Source of the DNA: Synechococcus sp. A15-24
Lineage (GTDB): Bacteria; Cyanobacteriota; Cyanobacteriia; PCC-6307; Cyanobiaceae
Reading direction: 5' to 3'
Assembly (NCBI RefSeq): GCF_014280195.1
Contig: NZ_CP047960.1
Location: forward strand, 750,001-782,000
DNA length: 32,000 nucleotides
Under the pieces are notes generated by a model. It ran no database searches, was not told the DNA's origin, and saw only the letters and a list, made by a program, of their open reading frames with translations. Position numbers and translations under genes: made by a program. Shown here one piece after another: positions 25,852-32,000 of this stretch. How positions within the stretch are numbered: position 1 is the first letter of the stretch; each line of letters opens with the position of its first letter.

Positions 25852-26672
25852 CAGAGGGCTGACGCCATGCGCAACGTCTGCGCGATCGGACCCACGTCGT
25901 GAACCCTCACTAGTGCAACACCGGCCTGGGCACAACGACAGGCCACTGCCGCTGTTCCCCACAGGCGCGCCTTAGGTCTGGGTTCATCCAGTACCGCTCC
26001 GATGAATCTTTTGCGTGACGGTCCAACGAGAAGTGGTCTGGGTTCAAAGGTGAGCTGCTCAAGATCCTTCAGCAATCTCAGATTCTGCTCGTGGGTTTTG
26101 GCGAAGCCGAGGCCAGGATCCCAGATGATCTGATCCTCCCTGACCCCAGCGGTGACCGCCGAATCCGTCCGTTCCAGGAGTCCAATCTTCACCTCCTGAA
26201 TCAGATCGCTGTAGTTGGTGAGGTCGTCCATCGTTTGACTGTTGCCGCGGCTGTGCATCAGCACCACCGGGCAGCCGGCATCGGCCACCACCCGCAGCAG
26301 CTCTGGATCCCTCCGTCCTCCGCTCACATCGTTGATCCAGCTGGCGCCGGCTTCCAGCGCTGCCGTCGCCACGGGTGCCAGGAAGGTGTCCACCGAGATC
26401 AACACCTCAGGCCATTGCTTGCGCACGGCGGCAAGCACCGGCAGCAAGCGTCGGCATTCCTCCTCAGCACCCACCTCTGTGGCACCGGGACGCGTGCTCT
26501 GGGCCCCGAGATCCAGTACATCAGCCCCTTGTTGCAATTGCCGCTTCGCTTCCTGGACTGCCGCCTCAACCTTGGTGAAACGACCGCCATCACTAAAGGA
26601 GTCCGGTGTGATGTTGATCACCCCCATCACGGCGGTGCGTTGCCGCCAGCCTTCAGGCCAGTGGTGACTCAC
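25848..26672 (-). CDS. folP: Dihydropteroate synthase
   Basis: The translation reads VMGVINITPDSFSDGGRF...DLGAQSTRPG...ISVDT...INDVSGG...DPGLGFAK. I chose the GTG at 26672, 2 nt after the tpiA stop. The alternative ATG is at 26627. The ORF-track start at 26756 lies inside tpiA. Confidence 0.9.
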   Translation of the reverse strand: MSHHWPEGWRQRTAVMGVINITPDSFSDGGRFTKVEAAVQEAKRQLQQGADVLDLGAQSTRPGATEVGAEEECRRLLPVLAAVRKQWPEVLISVDTFLAPVATAALEAGASWINDVSGGRRDPELLRVVADAGCPVVLMHSRGNSQTMDDLTNYSDLIQEVKIGLLERTDSAVTAGVREDQIIWDPGLGFAKTHEQNLRLLKDLEQLTFEPRPLLVGPSRKRFIGAVLDEPRPKARLWGTAAVACRCAQAGVALVRVHDVGPIAQTLRMASALW

Positions 26673-26673
26673 A

Positions 26674-27405
26674 TCAACTGGCCTGGTAGTTGGCAATGCG
26701 GGCGAAACTATCGGGCTTGAGCGAAGCACCACCGACCAAGACACCGTCGATATCACTCATGGCCATGAGTTCATCGATGTTGGTGGGCTTCACGGATCCG
26801 CCGTACTGAATGATCAGATCGGTGGCTCCCACCCAGCTTCGGATCAGTCCACAGATCCTGTTGGCTTCGGCTGACTCGCAGGTCTTACCCGTGCCGATGG
26901 CCCAGATCGGTTCATAGGCCACCACCAGTTTGTTGGCGTCCAACCCCTCAAGTCCCTGCTCGATCTGTCGGCGGATCACCCGCTCCGCTTCACCCCGTTC
27001 GCGCTGCTCATCACTTTCCCCAACACAGACGATGGGGATCAACCCCTTGGCCTGGGAGCAGCGGGCCCTGTGGTTGATCTGCTCATCACTTTCGCTGAAA
27101 TATTTACGGGGCTCGCTGTGCCCCACGATTGTGTATGCGACGCCATGCTCGAGCAGCATTTCGGCCGAGATCTCAGCCGTGAAGGCACCGTGGTCCTGCC
27201 AGTGCACATTCTGACTCGCGAGTTCCACCACTGAATTTTCAGAGGCTGCCGCCATGGTGGACAGGGCAGTGAAAGGCGGTGCCAGAACGATCTCCCGGTC
27301 CTGGGGGGTCTCCGCGAGTTGCGGCAGGAAGGCCGCCATGTAATCCCTGGCCTGGGCACAGGTCATGTGCATCTTCCAGTTGCCAGCGATCACCGGTCTG
27401 CGCAC
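26674..27405 (-). CDS. tpiA: Triosephosphate isomerase
   Basis: The translation reads [15 protein letters not shown]...VGHSE.R...[10 protein letters not shown]...YGGSV. Confidence 0.95.
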   Translation of the reverse strand: MRRPVIAGNWKMHMTCAQARDYMAAFLPQLAETPQDREIVLAPPFTALSTMAAASENSVVELASQNVHWQDHGAFTAEISAEMLLEHGVAYTIVGHSEPRKYFSESDEQINHRARCSQAKGLIPIVCVGESDEQRERGEAERVIRRQIEQGLEGLDANKLVVAYEPIWAIGTGKTCESAEANRICGLIRSWVGATDLIIQYGGSVKPTNIDELMAMSDIDGVLVGGASLKPDSFARIANYQAS

Positions 27406-27437
27406 GCCTTCAATCCTTGACTGATCTGCGGGCCAAC

Positions 27438-27635
27438 TTACGGCGTGGTCGTGGATTCCCCTTCAACCACGGACTCCTCGCCGTCAAGAACAACACGATC
27501 TCCCGCGATCAGTTGCCGGCCACGACGGGTTTCCACCGTGCCATTGACGCGAACGTCTCCCATCTGGATTCGTTGTTTGGCCTCTCCGCCGGTGAACACC
27601 CAGCCCTTCCACTTGAGGTACTGATCCAGCTTCAT
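27438..27635 (-). CDS. Small S4-domain RNA-binding protein (YbcJ-like)
   Basis: The protein reads [53 protein letters not shown] chose the ATG at 27635. Longer forms start at 27677 and 27683. Confidence 0.7.
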   Translation of the reverse strand: MKLDQYLKWKGWVFTGGEAKQRIQMGDVRVNGTVETRRGRQLIAGDRVVLDGEESVVEGESTTTP

Positions 27636-27675
27636 CGGCGGCAGATGAACGACACGGTATTGATACTGTGCCGCC

Positions 27676-29421
27676 ATGCTCACCCCCTCTCAGGCCGGCT
27701 TCCGGCGTCTGCTTCCACTGCTGCGACCGCATCTGCGTCAGCTGCTGATGGGGGGGCTGTGCATGGTGATTTACGTGGGCAGCTTCCCGCTGCTGGTGCG
27801 CCTTGCCGGTGAATTGTTTCCGGCGCTGGGCTCTCAGAATCTCAGCCGTGTCCTGCAGCTGATCGGCCAGGGGGTGCTGATCTTCGCGGTTCAGAAACTG
27901 GCCCAATTCGGCCAGGACTCTCTTTTGGCCGATCCTGCCCTTCGGGTCAGCCAGCGGTTGCGGCGGGAGTTGTTCAGCACGCTGCAGACCGTTGAGCTGG
28001 GTGCTCTCGAAAAGCTGTCCGCCGGGGATCTCACCTATCGCCTCACAGAGGATGCGGACCGCGTCAGCGAAGTTCTGTACAAGAGCATCCACGACACAGT
28101 CCCCAGCGTCCTGCAGCTTCTTGTGGTCCTGGGAACCATGGTCTGGCTGGACTGGAAGCTGACCTTGGCGATCCTGCTGCTGGCGCCGTTGATCATTTGG
28201 TTGATCAGCCTGTTCGGGGCGAAGGTGATGGTGGCCACCGAACGCAGTCAGAAAAAGGTCAGTGAACTCGCCGGTCTTCTCGGTGAGGCGATTGAGGGGC
28301 TTCCGCTGGTGCGGGCATTTGCGGCTGAACCATGGCTCCAAGAGCGGTTTGAGCAGGAAATTGACCAGCACCGACAGGCCAGGCAGCGCACTTACAGCCT
28401 TGTGGCTCTGCAACACCCCGTTGTGGGGATCATCGAGGTGATTGGCCTGTTCTCGGTGCTGGGCCTGGCGGCCTGGAGGATTCAGAGCGGTGACCTCGAC
28501 ATCTCTGGGCTCAGCAGTTACTTGACGGGCCTCATCGTTCTGATCGATCCAATTGCCCACGTCACAAACAACTTCAACGAGTTCCAACAGGGCCAGGCGT
28601 CGCTGAGGCGTCTGCGGGAGATCGAACGCGAGCCACGCGAGCCGGTGGATCCCCCCGATGCGGTGAATCTTGGTCAGCTGCGGGGTGACCTCAGGCTGGA
28701 GGGGGTGAGTTTTGGCTACGCCGTCGGCGATCTGGTGCTGCAGCAGCTGGACCTTGATGTTCCGGCGGGGACGGTGATGGCTCTTGTGGGACCGTCCGGA
28801 GCCGGCAAAAGCACACTGTTCTCCCTGCTGTTGCGTTTCAACGTCGCCCAACAGGGCCGAATTGTCCTCGATGGTCACGATCTCAGCACGCTTCGGGCTC
28901 GGGACCTGCGCTGCCAGCTGGCCCTGGTTCCTCAGCGAACCACGGTCTTTTCCGGTTCCATTGCTGAGGCGATCCGCTTCGGACGCCATGCCACCGATGC
29001 CCAGGTGATTGAGGCGGCTGTTCTGGCTAACGCGGATGGGTTTATCCGTGATTTGCCCGATGGTTACAACACCCAGCTGGAAGAACGGGGCACGAACCTC
29101 TCAGGCGGTCAGCTCCAACGCATCGCGATCGCTCGAGCGGTGCTGGGCAATCCAGCTGTGCTCCTGCTGGATGAAGCCACCAGTGCTCTGGATGCCGAAG
29201 CCGAAGCGGCTGTCCAGCTTGGGTTGCGACGGGCCATGCGTGGACGGACGGTTCTGGTGATTGCCCACCGTCTGGCCACGGTGCAGGAAGCCGATCAGAT
29301 CGTGGTGCTTGAGCGTGGTCGCATCGTTGATCGCGGCACCCACGACAGCCTGATGCAGCGCGGCGGTCGCTACCGCGATTTGTGCGAGCGCCAGTTCATC
29401 CGTGATCTGCAGAACGGTTGA
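27676..29421 (+). CDS. ABC transporter, fused permease/ATPase (MsbA/exporter type)
   Basis: A six-TM N-terminal domain is followed by Walker A GPSGAGKST, the signature LSGGQLQRIAIAR and Walker B LLLDEATSALD. Confidence 0.9.
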   Translation: MLTPSQAGFRRLLPLLRPHLRQLLMGGLCMVIYVGSFPLLVRLAGELFPALGSQNLSRVLQLIGQGVLIFAVQKLAQFGQDSLLADPALRVSQRLRRELFSTLQTVELGALEKLSAGDLTYRLTEDADRVSEVLYKSIHDTVPSVLQLLVVLGTMVWLDWKLTLAILLLAPLIIWLISLFGAKVMVATERSQKKVSELAGLLGEAIEGLPLVRAFAAEPWLQERFEQEIDQHRQARQRTYSLVALQHPVVGIIEVIGLFSVLGLAAWRIQSGDLDISGLSSYLTGLIVLIDPIAHVTNNFNEFQQGQASLRRLREIEREPREPVDPPDAVNLGQLRGDLRLEGVSFGYAVGDLVLQQLDLDVPAGTVMALVGPSGAGKSTLFSLLLRFNVAQQGRIVLDGHDLSTLRARDLRCQLALVPQRTTVFSGSIAEAIRFGRHATDAQVIEAAVLANADGFIRDLPDGYNTQLEERGTNLSGGQLQRIAIARAVLGNPAVLLLDEATSALDAEAEAAVQLGLRRAMRGRTVLVIAHRLATVQEADQIVVLERGRIVDRGTHDSLMQRGGRYRDLCERQFIRDLQNG

Positions 29422-29469
29422 ATCCCCCTACGATCGGCCCGCCGGTTCCAACCATCCCGGCTTTGAACG

Positions 29470-29709
29470 ATGACCGATTCTTCAGCCAACAACCCCAATC
29501 CCGTCCTGACCTTTGAGGGAAATCGCTACGACCTCAACACCCTTCCTGATGAGCTGAAAGAGCTGGTGCGTGGCATGCAGGTTGCCGATGCCCAGTTGCG
29601 CATGCATGAGGACACCCTGAAGGTGCTCGCAGTTGGCCGTCAGAGTCTGGCCATGCAGCTGAATGAAAAGCTCAAAACTGTGACCCCTCTCCCCGAAGGT
29701 CAGGGCTGA
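29470..29709 (+). CDS. Hypothetical small protein (79 aa, coiled/helical)
   Basis: It has an ATG start and good codon bias. The protein reads VLTFEGNRYDLNTLPDELKELVRGMQVADAQLRMHEDTLKVLAVGRQSLAMQLNEKLK. Confidence 0.55.
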   Translation: MTDSSANNPNPVLTFEGNRYDLNTLPDELKELVRGMQVADAQLRMHEDTLKVLAVGRQSLAMQLNEKLKTVTPLPEGQG

Positions 29710-29744
29710 GGCCTGGGATCCCTACAAAGCCGATGACTGCCGCT

Positions 29745-31097
29745 TCAACGCTCGAAGCGGTAGTCACTGGTGAGTTTGATCACCGTTCCGGAAAGCAGGA
29801 GAAGCGCGACAAGATTGGGCAGGGCCATCAGGCCATTAAGGGTGTCGGCGATGGACCACACCACGCCACGGTCACCCGCAACGGCTCCGATCACCACGAC
29901 GGCAACCCAGACGAGACGAAAGGGCAACACGGCTTGTTCGCCGAACAGGAACGTGGTGCAACGTTCGCCGTAGAAACTCCAACCCAGGATGGTGGTGAAG
30001 GCAAACACCACCAGGCCCACCGTCACGACAGTTCCGCTGCCAGGGAGCCCCGTGTTGAAGGCAGCGATGGAGAGATCAGCGCCGCTGAGTCGCTCACCCG
30101 CGCCATCCAGTAATTCATGGGCCTTGGTGGTGATGATCACCAGGGCGGTCATCGTGCAGATGATCAGGGTGTCAATGAAGGTGCCGAGCATGGCCACGGT
30201 TCCCTGCCGTACCGGATCGGTGGTTTTTGCGGCGGCGTGAGCCATCGGTGCGCTTCCCAGGCCGGCTTCATTGGAGAAGATTCCGCGCTTGAAACCCATC
30301 AGGATCACCTGACCGAGGGCTCCTCCGATGGCAGCCTCTCCGATGAATGCATTGCCGAAGATCGTGGAGAAGGCTTCAGGCACGGCGCCAGCATTCAGCA
30401 GCAGTACGAGCAGACAGGCACCTACATACAGAACGGACATCAAGGGAACGATGGCGGAAGCGGCCTGAGCGATGCGCTTGATCCCCCCGATGACCACGGC
30501 AAACACCATGGCCCCCAGCGCAATGCCGGTCACCAGCTTGGGCACGCCGATCAGGCTCAGCGCTGAAGACACTTCAAAGGCCTGGACACCATTGCCGATG
30601 CCGAAGCCAGCAAACATGCCGAATAGGGCAAACAGCACAGCCATCCAGGCCCAGCGGCTGCCAAGGCCGTTGAGGATGTAGTACATCGGGCCACCGACAT
30701 GGTGTCCGTTGGCATCAGTTGTGCGGAAGCGAACCGCCAGCACCGCTTCGGCGTATTTGGTGGCGATACCGAACAGGGCGATCACCCACATCCAGAACAC
30801 CGCACCGGGTCCACCAACGGCGATGGCACCCGCCACACCGGCGATGTTGCCCGTGCCAATCGTTGCCGAAAGGGAAGTCATCAGCGCCTGAAACGGTGTG
30901 ATCTCCCCAACCGTTTCCTGATCGGCAGGGCGCAGCATCATCGCGATGCCGTAGCCCAGTCGTCGCAACGGCATCAGCCGCAGGCCGAACATCAGAACCA
31001 TGCCAGTCAGGGCGATCAGACTGACGGTGGGCCAACCCCACACCAGACCGTTGATCGGATCATTGATGGCCCGGATCGCTGTTTCGAGACCACCCAT
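29745..31097 (-). CDS. Alanine/glycine:cation (sodium) symporter, AGCS family
   Basis: The 450-aa polytopic protein carries the family motifs ATIGTGNIAGVAGAI..GGPGAVFWMW and FSNEAGLGSAPMAHAAA. Confidence 0.9.
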   Translation of the reverse strand: MGGLETAIRAINDPINGLVWGWPTVSLIALTGMVLMFGLRLMPLRRLGYGIAMMLRPADQETVGEITPFQALMTSLSATIGTGNIAGVAGAIAVGGPGAVFWMWVIALFGIATKYAEAVLAVRFRTTDANGHHVGGPMYYILNGLGSRWAWMAVLFALFGMFAGFGIGNGVQAFEVSSALSLIGVPKLVTGIALGAMVFAVVIGGIKRIAQAASAIVPLMSVLYVGACLLVLLLNAGAVPEAFSTIFGNAFIGEAAIGGALGQVILMGFKRGIFSNEAGLGSAPMAHAAAKTTDPVRQGTVAMLGTFIDTLIICTMTALVIITTKAHELLDGAGERLSGADLSIAAFNTGLPGSGTVVTVGLVVFAFTTILGWSFYGERCTTFLFGEQAVLPFRLVWVAVVVIGAVAGDRGVVWSIADTLNGLMALPNLVALLLLSGTVIKLTSDYRFER

Positions 31098-31123
31098 CCC
31101 TTAACCCTCGGTTGTCGAGATGG

Positions 31124-31147
31124 TGTCACAGCTGATCAGCTGTGACA
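31124..31147. repeat. 24-nt perfect palindrome between the DUF3386-like gene and the symporter
   Basis: In TGTCACAGCTGA|TCAGCTGTGACA every one of the 12 pairs was checked by hand. It lies 7 nt downstream of the stop at 31154 and 26 nt upstream of the symporter ATG (31097). Confidence 0.95.
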
Positions 31148-31153
31148 ATCCAA

Positions 31154-31819
31154 TCAAAGGGCTTCCAGATCGTCGAAGCGGAAGGTTTGCGAACCAGCCG
31201 GGGTGTCACCGTGAGCCTCAGAGTCGATGACCCGTTCTTGGAGCACCCATGGCCCATCCCCGGGTAGGGCCACGAACGTGTCTTTGAAGCTGCTGCGTCC
31301 ACCCTTCGCCTCACCCGTGGCCGGGTCGGCGTATTGGCTGGTGTACGTGTGGCTGAGATAGCCGGCACCGGTGTTGGTGACCTCGGTCGTGAAGATCGTC
31401 ACGACCGTTCCGTGAATATGACGATGCACCATCGTCACGACGTCACCCTTGATGCGGTAGCGGTCTCCTTCGCCTTTGCCACTGACCAGCACCTCGGTTC
31501 CAACGGCATCGGTCTCACCAGCGGTGAACTGGTTTTCGCCATGGGTCTGCTCGAAGCTGCGGCGGACGCGGTGGATGGCCACTTCCCAGAGTTGGGACTG
31601 AACCGCTTTCAGAACATCTGCATCGTCGATGCCCTCCACCTTGGCTTTGAGGTCTGCGCCTACTTCAAAGCGGCCTTCAACCTGCTGTTCCCCTTGCTGC
31701 CAGATACAGCGGCCGCGGTAGCCGGAAAAGCCAGGATCCCAGGTGTAACGGTTTTCGTAGGCACGCCGGAACTGATCGCGAAGATCGCTGCCGGGTTTGA
31801 CGGGGGCGGAGGCTGTCAC
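31154..31819 (-). CDS. Cyanobacteria/plastid-lineage conserved protein, DUF3386-like
   Basis: The 221-aa protein reads DLRDQFRRAYENRYTWDPGFSGYRGRC.W...WEVAIHRVRRSFEQTHG. The family assignment is from memory. Confidence 0.65.
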   Translation of the reverse strand: MTASAPVKPGSDLRDQFRRAYENRYTWDPGFSGYRGRCIWQQGEQQVEGRFEVGADLKAKVEGIDDADVLKAVQSQLWEVAIHRVRRSFEQTHGENQFTAGETDAVGTEVLVSGKGEGDRYRIKGDVVTMVHRHIHGTVVTIFTTEVTNTGAGYLSHTYTSQYADPATGEAKGGRSSFKDTFVALPGDGPWVLQERVIDSEAHGDTPAGSQTFRFDDLEAL

Positions 31820-31850
31820 GGCGGTGGTTCTGCTGCTGCAACCCTACCGA

Positions 31851-32000
31851 TCACCGCCGGGTGCCATGGACGTCCTGCAGAGCATTGATGCTGAGGGTGG
31901 GCTGACTCTGAAGTGTGGCGATGGCCTCCACCGCAGCGCGGGCACCAGCCAGGGTTGTGACCGTGGGAACGGCATAATCCAGGGCTGCCCGGCGCAAGTA
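31851..32000 (-). CDS. carB: Carbamoyl-phosphate synthase large subunit, C-terminal fragment (5' end lies outside the window)
   Basis: The reverse strand translates to YLRRAALDYAVPTVTTLAGARAAVEAIATLQSQPTLSINALQDVHGTRR*, typical of the CarB MGS-like C-terminus. The stop is at 31851-31853. Confidence 0.8.
   Translation of the reverse strand, partial: YLRRAALDYAVPTVTTLAGARAAVEAIATLQSQPTLSINALQDVHGTRR

Noticed and set aside
27484-28989. A 501-aa ORF lies antisense to the ABC transporter gene.
   Set aside because: The sequence is Gln/Pro/His/Arg-rich with no motifs. The opposite strand encodes complete Walker A, signature and Walker B motifs, so this is an antisense artefact.
1-32000. I looked for CRISPR arrays, tRNA/rRNA genes, IS elements, integrases and phage or defence-system genes.
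   Set aside because: The only regularly spaced repeat is the single 36-bp duplication. I saw no cloverleaf-like or rRNA-like stretches in the short intergenic regions. No transposase, integrase, restriction or nuclease-NTPase defence signatures appear in any translated ORF.

Overview
This is a high-GC cyanobacterial chromosome segment, roughly 58-62% GC in core genes by hand counts of single lines. Gene content and order look like a marine Synechococcus-type picocyanobacterium: chlH, an hli gene, purS-purQ, class II fba, dapB, tpiA-folP, the carB 3' end and many cyanobacteria-restricted DUF genes. I call about 45 tightly packed protein genes, many with 1-4 nt stop/start overlaps. I recognised no rRNA, tRNA, CRISPR array, transposase or integrase. 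Most of the window is core housekeeping. Four parts deserve a second look. (1) At 6.2-10.0 kb, arsR plus a DUF938 methyltransferase lie divergent from a translationally coupled gap-arsJ-SNase-like string. The SNase-fold protein has lost its catalytic and metal-binding residues and carries a perfect in-frame 36-bp tandem duplication of that motif. (2) At 10.0-11.5 kb there is an islet of short ORFs with a perfect 9-2-9 palindrome. (3) At 11.5-15.2 kb, an OmpR/EnvZ-like two-component operon is followed by ppk2 and sits divergent from a secreted three-EF-hand protein. Their shared intergenic region has a duplicated 10-mer and an 11-codon uORF. (4) At 24.9-25.9 kb, a low-GC GlcNAc-transferase-like gene is wedged between chlH and folP. 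A tightly coupled four-gene operon of unknown function (15.2-16.9 kb) and a 24-nt perfect palindrome (31.1 kb) are also flagged. All family assignments come from reading the translations and from memory of family motifs. No database search was possible.
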